A stretch of DNA of 64,000 nt from Acidobacteriota bacterium (GTDB lineage Bacteria; Acidobacteriota; Terriglobia; Acidiferrales; UBA7541): NCBI GenBank assembly GCA_021780215.1, contig JAJXZD010000174.1, positions 3,286-67,285 of the forward strand, read 5' to 3'. Shown here piece by piece: positions 9,254-17,478 of the stretch. Made by a program: the position numbers and the translations under genes. Positions within the stretch are counted from its first letter, which is position 1. Every line of letters starts with the position of its first letter. The notes under the pieces were generated by a model that saw only the letters and a program-made list of their open reading frames with translations, had not been told where the DNA came from and did not search any database.

Positions 9254-9855
9254 TCAGCTCCCCGCGGGAAGCGCCGCGCGCAGGGCGCCCCGGGCATCGG
9301 TGAGGGACAGTGTGCCGTCCTCGCGCTCGGCGAGCTTCCACACCTGCGCGGCGCGCGCGGCGACTTGCTGAAATAATTTCCGCCGTGGCGTGGCGAACGA
9401 GAAGGGATCGGAAAAGACGGCGACGGGCCGGCACGCAGCCCGCGCTGGAAGGATGACAAAGCGTCCGCCTCCCGCACGTCTTCATCGAAGTAGAGCTCCG
9501 GCATGGCGGTGAGAATCACCGCGTCCGCGGGGAAGCTCTGCAGCAGGCGCGGCGCGCGTACGAGGAGTTCGGTCAGTTGGAAGCAGGTGAAGGCGCGGGC
9601 CACGCGGATGCGACGGTTCCATTCCGCCGGAGAATCACCGCGCCGCCGGGCAAGGCGGGCCAGCAGCAGCGGGTCGAAACGGTTCGCCCCGTCCAGATAG
9701 AGCGCCCGCTGGCCTGCCTGGAGGGCGCGGGGCAGGACGTAATGCGACAGGCGCAAGACCTGCGGGCCGCCATAAAAAACGGCCAGGCCGCGCGCGGGAA
9801 GCGTCCACAGCTTGGCTTGCCAATGCGACAGGGCTGGCGCGGTGGGGAAGGACAT
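9254..9855 (-). CDS. RecA/RadA-fold protein with degenerate Walker A and B (ImuA-like by analogy); the reading frame is interrupted by an apparent single-base frameshift near 9420-9445
   Basis: The N-terminal frame reads LAVFYGGPQVLRLSH..ALYLDGANRFDP..RIRVARAFTCFQLTELL..AVILTAMPELYFDEDVREADALSSFQRGLRA. This is the RecA-core strand order without GK[ST] and without a Walker-B acidic residue. After about 9430 this frame becomes P/S/R-rich junk. The -1 frame reads CRPVAVFSDPFSFATPRRKLFQQVAARAAQVWKLAEREDGTLSLTDARGALRAALPAGS and stops at 9256-9254. The total span is 602 nt, which is 3n+2. Confidence 0.6.
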
Positions 9856-9890
9856 GGTTCCAGGCTCCCTCTGTGGGATTCTTCGGGAGC

Positions 9891-9919
9891 ATTATAGGCG
9901 AATAAAAAGCGAAATACAA
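9891..9919 (-). promoter_or_regulatory. Near-consensus sigma70-type promoter for the RecA-like/88-aa/PolB operon
   Basis: The minus strand reads TTGTAT-17 nt-TATAAT. The -35 element is at 9919-9914 and the -10 element at 9896-9891. It lies in an AT-rich patch about 35 nt upstream of the ATG at 9855. A GGGAG Shine-Dalgarno sequence lies about 8 nt before that ATG. Confidence 0.5.
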
Positions 9920-9967
9920 GGAGCCGCGATCAAGGGCCCTTGCGAACGCATGTAGTCCAAGAGGACC

Positions 9968-10129
9968 TTACTTGCTGTCGTTCCACCCGAGCAGCGGCTT
10001 CTTGTGCTTCGGCGGCTTGCGGCGCTTGTCGAGAATTACCCGCTCGGGTGGAGGAAGCCCGATGCCCAGGCGCGCACGGCGGCGCGCCTCCTTGGGGACT
10101 TTCAAAACTGGCTTTTTTCGGCGGGACAT
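9968..10129 (-). CDS. Possible 53-aa highly basic small protein (below the ORF-track length cutoff)
   Basis: My own translation gives MSRRKKPVLKVPKEARRRARLGIGLPPPERVILDKRRKPPKHKKPLLGWNDSK. About 4 in 5 codons end in G or C, and AAG is preferred over AAA, as expected for coding sequence here. There is no clear Shine-Dalgarno sequence. Confidence 0.3.
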   Translation of the reverse strand: MSRRKKPVLKVPKEARRRARLGIGLPPPERVILDKRRKPPKHKKPLLGWNDSK

Positions 10130-10249
10130 ATTTCACGCGACAGGGTACACCCAAGAATGCCCCGTCTGAAGGGCAGAACGCAAATGGCCCGGCCCGCGTC
10201 CGATGAGAACGCCGGCCAGGCCACTGCACTGCCGTAAAACAGCTCCCGC

Positions 10250-13200
10250 CTAGAAGATCAGTTTCAGAGCAAACTGAATCTCCCGGGCGGTTGTGGAGGT
10301 AGCCCCAATCGAGCCGGATTCACCCGGCAATCCGGAAGGAGACAAAACCGCAGGCACGAACGGGGGGAACCCCGTCGCAACCGCATAGGAGGAGGGCAGA
10401 CCCAGGTTCGTGTGGTTGAGGATATTGAAGAACTCCGCGCGAAACTGGGTATCCAACCTCTCCGTGATCTTTGTCTCTTTGATGATGGACGCATCCAACT
10501 CGAACAGAGCGGGCCCTCCCACCGAGGCTCGGCCCACGTTGCCGAGCGTTCCGTAGGGCTGAATGGCGTAGCAACTGGAGTTGAACCAGTTGTACCACTT
10601 GCCGAGAACCTGACCCTTTCCACCCGGGCAAGTGCCGGAGTAGTTCGGACGGTCGCCCTGAATCGCATTGATCCCCGCCTGCTGGACGCCTTCTTGTATC
10701 GTGACTGGCAGGCCGCTCATGGCGGTGAGGATGGAACCCACCTGCCAACCAGTGATCAGTCTGTTTCCATGGAAGGGAAGCATATATAGGCCATTGGCCG
10801 TCAGATTGTGGCGGATATCAAACGAGCAGAGCCCGTAGTCGTATTTCTTGTTATAGGGATCGGCCTGCTCATAGATCCCTTGCTGAAGCCCCGAGGACAC
10901 TGAACCATCCGTCAGGCACTTCGAGTAGGTGTAGGAAACCTGCCCTTGGAAGGACTGGCTGAACTGATGGTTGAGGCTCGCCTGCAAGGAATTGTAGTTT
11001 GAATTCATATCCGGCATAGCCGTGCTGAGAGAGGAGAAGTAGGGCTGCCCGCTGGCCGGGTTCACCACGGAGGATGTTCTCGGGTTATAGGGGAAGCCCG
11101 GACCGGGAACGGCGTTCGCGAAGATCGAAGTCGCCGGGTTTGCGCAATTCGAGGTGAATTGCCCGGCAGCTTCCTGCGCCGCGCTGTTCGCGCACAAGAC
11201 GGGATTCATGTCCGTTTCCGTGAACAGGTGGTGGCCCTGCGATCCGACGTAGCCAATGGAAAATACTGTGCCAGGGGTAATCTGCCGCTGGATGGTCAGG
11301 TTGTATTGCTCCTGATAGGGCGCCGAAGAAGCCTGATAGTCCACCCCGGCGAACTCCGTAATCGCTCCCGTCGGTCCACCGGCAACATAGCCGGGGAACG
11401 GGTTCGGGAAGGCTGCCGGGAAGAGCAGGGCGCTGGCGTACGGAGGGGCCAGATAGTATGCCGACGCGTACAGGGCAGGGAATATCTGGTCGTGGAATAT
11501 TCCGAAGCCTGCGCGCACCGAGGTTTTGTGATCTCCGAAGGGATCCCAGGCTACGCCGATGCGCGGATCAAAGTTTTCAGCATTCGGATTCGATGCGAAC
11601 ACGTGACTGACAGGGGTGAACCCGTTGCCATACGGCTGGCCGAGCGAGTTCACAAAGTAGTTGCGCGTGTCGGGGAAGGGAGGATTCACGATGGATGTTA
11701 GAGGCGTCCCGGTCGGGTTGGTGGCGTAGTCGTAGCGGATTCCGAAGTTGAAAGTCAGGCGCGACGTCGCCTTCCAATCGTCCTGGAAATAGGGGGCGTA
11801 GTCCATCTCCCGAAAATTGCGATTCGAATCGGCGTGTCCAGGATAGGTTCCCAGAAATCCAGCTGCCTGGCCCAGCAGGAAGCTTTCCTCCGTCCCGAAG
11901 ATCCACGAGCCTCCGTACACAAACGGAGCGGAGAGATTGCTTTGCACCCGCTTGATATCCACGCCCATCGTGAAGGTATGCGACCCGCGGGTCCAGACCA
12001 GGTCGTCTCCGCCGCCAAACCGATTTTGTGCGATGTCGTAGGGGAGCGCCGTGTTTGCACCGAGTCCCCCGCAACCGGGGCAGCCCGCGCTGATTGTTCC
12101 GTCCGGGAAGCCGGAAAAGAACTGCAAGATCGGGTTTGCCGCCGTCGGTGTTGTCGCGGCTTGGTACGTCCGAGTGTACTCGGCCCGAATCTGGTTGACC
12201 ACCGAGGCCGAAACGATGTGCCTTTCTTCCAAGGCGAAGTATTGGTTCCGGGAGTTGTCAACCTCCGGCCAATCCGGAAGGACTACTGAGCCGCCAAAGG
12301 GATTGGTGAGTTGCGAGTTGTCGTAGACGTAGCGGCCGAACAGGGAGTCATTGGAGGAGATGTTGTAATCAATTCGTCCAAGAACATAATCTTCGTTCTG
12401 AGTCACGGAACCGCTGGTCGTATACGGCCCGTAGCCCCCGAAGTCGGGAGCACCGGCCGTTGGAGATGGATATAGGCCTAGGATTCCTTGAACTCTCGCT
12501 GCCGCAGCCGCCTGTTGCGCGCCGGCGCCGCACCCAAAACCCACGAAGGTGTATGGTCCGCCTGTAGCAGGCGGAGGTGCTGACGCCGAGCCGCAGGGAG
12601 TAAAGGGAGCAGTCACCTGACTGGTCGGCAAGTATCCATTGGCGACGTATGGTTGGGGAACAAAGGTGTTGTTTGTCTGGCCGAGCGTGGCTCGCAACCC
12701 CTCATAGTTGGTGAAGAAGAACAGCTTGTCCTTCTTGATCGGGCCGCCCAGGCTGCCCCCAAACTGATTTTGTTCGAAGGGAGGCTTCTGGACAGGCGTC
12801 GGGTTGATCGTGCCGTTGTTCTGAAAATCGAAGAAATTGCGGGCGTCGAGCGCACTGTTGCGCACGTAATCGTATAGGGAGCCATGGTAGTCGTTGGTGC
12901 CGGATTTGCTGGCCATGTTGATGGCCGCGCCATTGCCCCCGAATTCGGCGCTGTAAGTATTGGTCAGGACCTGGAACTCCTGGATTGCCTCGGTTCCGAG
13001 CGTCGTGCCGGTCGCCGGTGCTCCGGGGCCGTGCTCCCAGAAATCCGTGATGTCCTCATTGTCGAGGAGGAAGGCCTGGCCCTCCGGCCGCGACCCTGCC
13101 ACGGTATAGACTTGTTGATTCCCGTAGAACCCTCCGGAAGCCCCGCCGCCGCCCACCCCTTGCTTCCCGCCATTCGAGCTGTTATTCAGCAGTTGCACGC

Positions 13201-13714
13201 CCGGAGACAGACTGATGAGTTGGGTGAAATTGCGGCCATTGAGAGGGAGTTGGCTTACCTGCTGCGAGCTGACTAATGAGGAGACCGCCGCGGTGGTTGT
13301 TTCCACCTGGGAGACTTGGCCCTCGACTGTGACGCTCGTGGTTGCTTCGCCGACGGACAAGGTAAAATCAACGACCGGCGTAGCGCCGATTGTCAACCGG
13401 ACCCCCTTATGCAGGACAGATTTGAATCCCGTGAGAGAAGCCTTCACCTCGTAGGTTCCGACGGGCAGCAATGCGACAAGATAGCGCCCTTGCGCATCGG
13501 TGGTCACGGTCTGACTCACTCCGGTTCCTGCGTTGGTCACCGTGACCGAAGCGCCCACCAGCACTGCTCCCGTTGCGTCCGTGATCGTCCCGGTGATGGA
13601 TCCGGTTTGCGTTTGCGCGATCGAGGGGTTCACTACGCATAGAAGAAGGAAGGTAAGTGCAAATATGGAAACAAGGACAGACCTCCAGAGCCCTGAACGG
13701 CTGAGTAACATCAC
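10250..13714 (-). CDS. TonB-dependent outer-membrane receptor with an N-terminal carboxypeptidase-regulatory-like domain
   Basis: 1154 aa with a signal peptide ending in IAQ. The stretch GSITGTITDATGAVLVGASVTVTN..DAQGRYLVALLPVGTYEV is a CarboxypepD_reg-like fold. A long barrel follows and ends in ALKLIF, with a terminal aromatic residue. Confidence 0.9.
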   Translation of the reverse strand: MMLLSRSGLWRSVLVSIFALTFLLLCVVNPSIAQTQTGSITGTITDATGAVLVGASVTVTNAGTGVSQTVTTDAQGRYLVALLPVGTYEVKASLTGFKSVLHKGVRLTIGATPVVDFTLSVGEATTSVTVEGQVSQVETTTAAVSSLVSSQQVSQLPLNGRNFTQLISLSPGVQLLNNSSNGGKQGVGGGGASGGFYGNQQVYTVAGSRPEGQAFLLDNEDITDFWEHGPGAPATGTTLGTEAIQEFQVLTNTYSAEFGGNGAAINMASKSGTNDYHGSLYDYVRNSALDARNFFDFQNNGTINPTPVQKPPFEQNQFGGSLGGPIKKDKLFFFTNYEGLRATLGQTNNTFVPQPYVANGYLPTSQVTAPFTPCGSASAPPPATGGPYTFVGFGCGAGAQQAAAAARVQGILGLYPSPTAGAPDFGGYGPYTTSGSVTQNEDYVLGRIDYNISSNDSLFGRYVYDNSQLTNPFGGSVVLPDWPEVDNSRNQYFALEERHIVSASVVNQIRAEYTRTYQAATTPTAANPILQFFSGFPDGTISAGCPGCGGLGANTALPYDIAQNRFGGGDDLVWTRGSHTFTMGVDIKRVQSNLSAPFVYGGSWIFGTEESFLLGQAAGFLGTYPGHADSNRNFREMDYAPYFQDDWKATSRLTFNFGIRYDYATNPTGTPLTSIVNPPFPDTRNYFVNSLGQPYGNGFTPVSHVFASNPNAENFDPRIGVAWDPFGDHKTSVRAGFGIFHDQIFPALYASAYYLAPPYASALLFPAAFPNPFPGYVAGGPTGAITEFAGVDYQASSAPYQEQYNLTIQRQITPGTVFSIGYVGSQGHHLFTETDMNPVLCANSAAQEAAGQFTSNCANPATSIFANAVPGPGFPYNPRTSSVVNPASGQPYFSSLSTAMPDMNSNYNSLQASLNHQFSQSFQGQVSYTYSKCLTDGSVSSGLQQGIYEQADPYNKKYDYGLCSFDIRHNLTANGLYMLPFHGNRLITGWQVGSILTAMSGLPVTIQEGVQQAGINAIQGDRPNYSGTCPGGKGQVLGKWYNWFNSSCYAIQPYGTLGNVGRASVGGPALFELDASIIKETKITERLDTQFRAEFFNILNHTNLGLPSSYAVATGFPPFVPAVLSPSGLPGESGSIGATSTTAREIQFALKLIF

Positions 13715-13900
13715 GCTACCCCCATTTAATATGACGTCTCTGCGCCCGCCCTTCTGGCGCGACTCAACACGTCAAGAACCCACCCGTGGCGAAACTTCTA
13801 CTATTCGGCCGGATACAGTGTCAAGAAGGAATTGGTGAGAGGGCAGGGGCAAAGAACGCGCCCGCGTGTGCGCCGGGGAGTGCATCGAAGGGCGACGGGT

Positions 13901-15175
13901 TTAGTGGATGTGGCGCGTTTTTCGCCCGAGGTAATCCATCAGCAGGTACTGGCCGAGCGTGTAGGGCGTGGTGAAATAGGCTTTGCCGCGGCAGAGCTCC
14001 GTGATTTTCTGCACGAAATGGACCAGGCTGTAGTCGCTGGCCAACATGAAGGTGTTAATCAGGATTCCCGCGCGCTTGCACTTGGCCACTTCTTCCATGG
14101 TCTGGCTGACCACCAGCGGATCGAGGCCGAAGGCATTTTTATAGATGCGCCCGTCCTCCAGCGTTAGCGCGGAGGGCTTGCCGTCGGTAATCATGACGAT
14201 CTGGCGCATGTCCTTCTTCTGTCGCGAGAGGATGCGCTGCGCGAGACGCAAGCCTTCGCGCGTGTTGGTGTAATACGGTCCCACCTGCACGCGGGCAAGC
14301 TTTTCGAGCGGAATTTCCTCCGCGCTGTCGTGGAAGAGGACGCAGTGCAGGGAATCGCCGGGGTATTGGGTGCGGATCAGATGGGAGAGCGCCAGGGCCA
14401 CGCGCTTGGCCGGTGTGAAGCGGTCCTCGCCATAGAGGATCATGCTGTGGCTGCAATCGAGCATCAGCACCGTGGCGCACGAGCTCTGGTATTCGCACTG
14501 ATGCACCATGAGGTCCGGATAGTCGAGTTCGATCGGCAGGCCCGCGCCGTTGCGCCGCACCGCGTTGAAGAGCGTCTCCGCGACATCCAGGTTGAGCGTA
14601 TCGCCGAACTCGTAGGGCTTCGAAGCCCCTCCGGATTCGATGCCGGTGGCCAGGTCGCGCGTGTCGTGGCGGCCGAAGCTGCTTTTGCCCAGGGAGGCGA
14701 GCAGATCGCGGAGCGTCTTGAAGCCCAGGAAGTCGAGCGCTTTGTCCGTGATTTCAAAGCGCGCCTCGCCGCTTGGCCCTTCTCCGGGGCCAACCTGTCC
14801 ACCGGGTGTCTCCGATGGCGGGGAAGTCACGCGCGCCGACTGCTGCTGGGTGAGATAGCCTTCCTCTTCCATTCGCTCGATGATCCGGTCAATCAGGTCC
14901 CGCAACTCCTGATTCTGGCTGAGGTCGGGATTTTCAAGCAGCTTATCCATCAGCTCCTGCGGAATTAGATCGCCCTCCTGCAGGGCGCGCAGGATGGCCT
15001 CGCGCAGCGCGTCCATGTGCTGCTCGCGTGCGCGCTCCGCGTCCATCTCATAAATTCCGTAGGGGGAGTCGAATCCGCTCTGCAGGAAAAAATCGGAAAG
15101 GCGTCCCAACAGGTCCTGCAGGTCAAGATCGTCCGCGGCCGCCGGAGAGTAGCGCGAATAGCGAGTATATTTCAT
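13901..15175 (-). CDS. VWA-domain protein (CoxE-like), partner of the upstream AAA+ ATPase
   Basis: Internal ATG at 15175 ([10 protein letters not shown]) of ORF 13901-15385. The MIDAS motif is DCSHSM, and ITDGKPSA lies later. The N-terminal half is acidic and helical. Confidence 0.8.
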   Translation of the reverse strand: MKYTRYSRYSPAAADDLDLQDLLGRLSDFFLQSGFDSPYGIYEMDAERAREQHMDALREAILRALQEGDLIPQELMDKLLENPDLSQNQELRDLIDRIIERMEEEGYLTQQQSARVTSPPSETPGGQVGPGEGPSGEARFEITDKALDFLGFKTLRDLLASLGKSSFGRHDTRDLATGIESGGASKPYEFGDTLNLDVAETLFNAVRRNGAGLPIELDYPDLMVHQCEYQSSCATVLMLDCSHSMILYGEDRFTPAKRVALALSHLIRTQYPGDSLHCVLFHDSAEEIPLEKLARVQVGPYYTNTREGLRLAQRILSRQKKDMRQIVMITDGKPSALTLEDGRIYKNAFGLDPLVVSQTMEEVAKCKRAGILINTFMLASDYSLVHFVQKITELCRGKAYFTTPYTLGQYLLMDYLGRKTRHIH

Positions 15176-15212
15176 CGAGTCACCTGCCTGCGCCAGCCGC
15201 GCAACCGCGCCT

Positions 15213-16703
15213 TTAGTTGAACTGCCGGCGCGGCATCCGCCCGCCCGAAGGCTCGCGCGGATCGCGCGGTTCGGGCGTTTTGCGACCCTCGGCGTAAAAG
15301 CCGCGTTCTTCGCTCCGATTGATCCGCTTGTGGGCCCACAACCCCTCGAGGATGAACTCCGCCGCGCTCGCCTGGAGGGCCGCATCGTCCTTCGCGCGGA
15401 CGCCCAGCGCGTCGAGGTGTTCGAGCAGCCCCTGAATTTTCTTGAGCTGTGCGAGGAGTTCGGAGCTGGAGGCGCCGGCGGCGACCTTGAGTTCTCCGCC
15501 CAGCTCGAACCATTGCACCACCGGCTGGAAATTCGCGTTGGCGAAATACTTGGAGAAGGTCTTGCCCACCGCAGCGCGAATCAGCTCGCGGGCGATGTTT
15601 TCCGCGCCGCGCATTTCCCCTTCGTATTCGAGCTCGAATTTTCCGGTCATTGCCGGGATGGCCGCGTAGATATCGGCCACACGGCTCACCACCGCCGTAT
15701 CGTGGGCGCACACGGTCCGCTGTTCCGCGCTGCTCAGCACATTCTCGAGTGTGCTGATGGGCAGGCGCTGGCTCACGCCGGAGCGCCGGTCAATCCGCTT
15801 GTCTTCCCGCGCCTGAAAGGCGATCTCTTCGACGATCTCGCGGATGTATTCGGGCACTTCCACGCGCCGCTTGCCGTCGCGACGGGTCCAGGCCTCCTGC
15901 ACCGTGATGGACATTCCTTCGGCAAGCGTCGCCGGATAGTGGGTGCGGATCTCGGAGCCGATGCGGTCCTTGAGAGGAGTAATGATTTTTCCGCGCGCCG
16001 TGTAATCTTCGGGGTTTGCGGTGAACACCAGGAGGACGTCGAGCGCCATGCGCACCGGATAACCCTTAATCTGCACGTCGCCTTCCTGCATGATGTTGAA
16101 CAAGCCGACCTGAATCTTGCCTGCCAGGTCGGGAAGTTCGTTGATGGCGAAGATTCCGCGATTAGCGCGCGGCAACAGCCCGTAGTGGATGGTCAGCTCA
16201 TCCGAGAGAGTCCGGCCGCCCCGTGCCGCCTTGATGGGGTCCACGTCGCCAATCATGTCGGCGATGGTGACGTCCGGTGTAGCGAGCTTTTCCACGTAGC
16301 GATGCTCGCGTCCCAGCCAGGCGATGGGGGTCGCGTCGCCCTCGGAAGCCACGCGCTCGCGGCAAGCGCGGCAGAGAGGGCGGTAGGGATTGTCGTTGAT
16401 CTCACAGCCGGCGATGACCGGAACCTGCGGGTCGAGAAACGTGGCCAGCCCGCGCAAAATTCGCGACTTCGCTTGCCCGCGCAGGCCCAGCAGGATGAAG
16501 TGATGCCGGGAGAGCAGGGCGTTGACGATCTGCGGGATGACCGTGTCGTCGTAACCGTAAACGCCGGGGAAGAGCGTCTCGCCCTTCTCCATCTTCAGCA
16601 GCAGGTTCTCCCGCAGTTCCTGCCGAACTCCTCGCCCGGCAATGCGATCCTCCGCCCACTGGCTGCGGCGAAGCTCGCCCAGGTTCTTTGGTTGTGCGCT
16701 CAT
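15213..16703 (-). CDS. BchI/ChlI-MoxR-like AAA+ ATPase
   Basis: 496 aa. The P-loop variant is LLGLRGQAKSRI, the Walker B region is GIFAINELPDL, and the Mg-chelatase-I-like core is VGLFNIMQEGDVQIKGYP. A VWA gene follows 38 nt downstream. Confidence 0.8.
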   Translation of the reverse strand: MSAQPKNLGELRRSQWAEDRIAGRGVRQELRENLLLKMEKGETLFPGVYGYDDTVIPQIVNALLSRHHFILLGLRGQAKSRILRGLATFLDPQVPVIAGCEINDNPYRPLCRACRERVASEGDATPIAWLGREHRYVEKLATPDVTIADMIGDVDPIKAARGGRTLSDELTIHYGLLPRANRGIFAINELPDLAGKIQVGLFNIMQEGDVQIKGYPVRMALDVLLVFTANPEDYTARGKIITPLKDRIGSEIRTHYPATLAEGMSITVQEAWTRRDGKRRVEVPEYIREIVEEIAFQAREDKRIDRRSGVSQRLPISTLENVLSSAEQRTVCAHDTAVVSRVADIYAAIPAMTGKFELEYEGEMRGAENIARELIRAAVGKTFSKYFANANFQPVVQWFELGGELKVAAGASSSELLAQLKKIQGLLEHLDALGVRAKDDAALQASAAEFILEGLWAHKRINRSEERGFYAEGRKTPEPRDPREPSGGRMPRRQFN

Positions 16704-16841
16704 TCGGCCACCGGTCCCTTGGAAGAGGATTTCCGAGCGCCCTCAAGCGCTTCGAGTCCATTATAAAAGAACAGCGCGCGCCCGCCTAATTTGGATTGGA
16801 GCGACGGGGGGAGCGTTGCCCGGGGCGATTGCCACGTCGTC

Positions 16842-17435
16842 TCATCGCCTGTAGCGGCACGCGAAATCCACCACCTGGCGCCCGACCGTCACGAGTGTGT
16901 CGAGCGTCTTTGGATTCGTGCAGGCGCCCGCCGGGTCGAAATTCGGCTCCGTGGTATTGATCGCCGCGCCGAGCGGCGTCGGCCATCCCCGCAGAGCGTG
17001 GACGATCGCGCGGAGAGATTCGAGCGTGGTCACGGAGGCCTGCCAGCCCGCGGCTGCCGCGATGCATCCTACGGCGCGGCCATCGAGATAGCTGCGCGCA
17101 TCTCCCCGCAGATCTTCGAGAAGGTCCAGCGCGTTTTTGACCAGGCCGGAGATGCCCCCGTGATAGCCGGGGCTGGCGAGAATCACGCCGTCGGCCTGGC
17201 GCACTGTTTCGACGAATTCGCGCTGCTCCTCGCTGCGGGCGGGGTGATCCGGAGCGAAGTGCGGGAGCCGCGCGAGGAACGGCCCGGTGAAGATGTGAGT
17301 GCGCGCACCGGCTTCCTCCGCGGCGCGCAGAGAAACGCGCAGCGCACGGTCGGTCGAAGAGCCTTCCCGCGTCGTCCCGCCGATTCCCACGACGAACAGC
17401 GCCCCGATCGCGGCGGGATCATTTGTCCGATTCAT
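16842..17435 (-). CDS. NAD(P)H-dependent FMN reductase family protein
   Basis: 197 aa. Contains ILASPGYHGGISGLVKNALDLL, which matches the FMN_red signature SPxYxGxxxGxLKNAxD. Confidence 0.8.
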   Translation of the reverse strand: MNRTNDPAAIGALFVVGIGGTTREGSSTDRALRVSLRAAEEAGARTHIFTGPFLARLPHFAPDHPARSEEQREFVETVRQADGVILASPGYHGGISGLVKNALDLLEDLRGDARSYLDGRAVGCIAAAAGWQASVTTLESLRAIVHALRGWPTPLGAAINTTEPNFDPAGACTNPKTLDTLVTVGRQVVDFACRYRR

Positions 17436-17478
17436 TCTTGTTTGCCCTCACGGCGCGACGCGCGCCTGGCCAGCGCCT

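Noticed and set aside
8986-9855. A single 289-aa protein as listed in the ORF track.
   Set aside because: The middle third is P/S/R-rich out-of-frame text. A protein-like alternative frame ends at 9254, and a new ATG begins at 9252. I therefore split it into a frameshifted RecA-like gene and an 88-aa gene.
9942-9955. Possible LexA (Cheo-type) box CGAACgcatGTAG upstream of the PolB operon.
   Set aside because: Only one half-site matches. It lies upstream of the -35 element rather than overlapping the promoter. No GTTC-N7-GTTC or CTGT-N8-ACAG element is present.
15330-16766. 478-aa plus-strand ORF.
   Set aside because: It lies antisense to the AAA+ ATPase gene and has a low-complexity R/G/A/D composition. 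The minus frame carries the Walker motifs.
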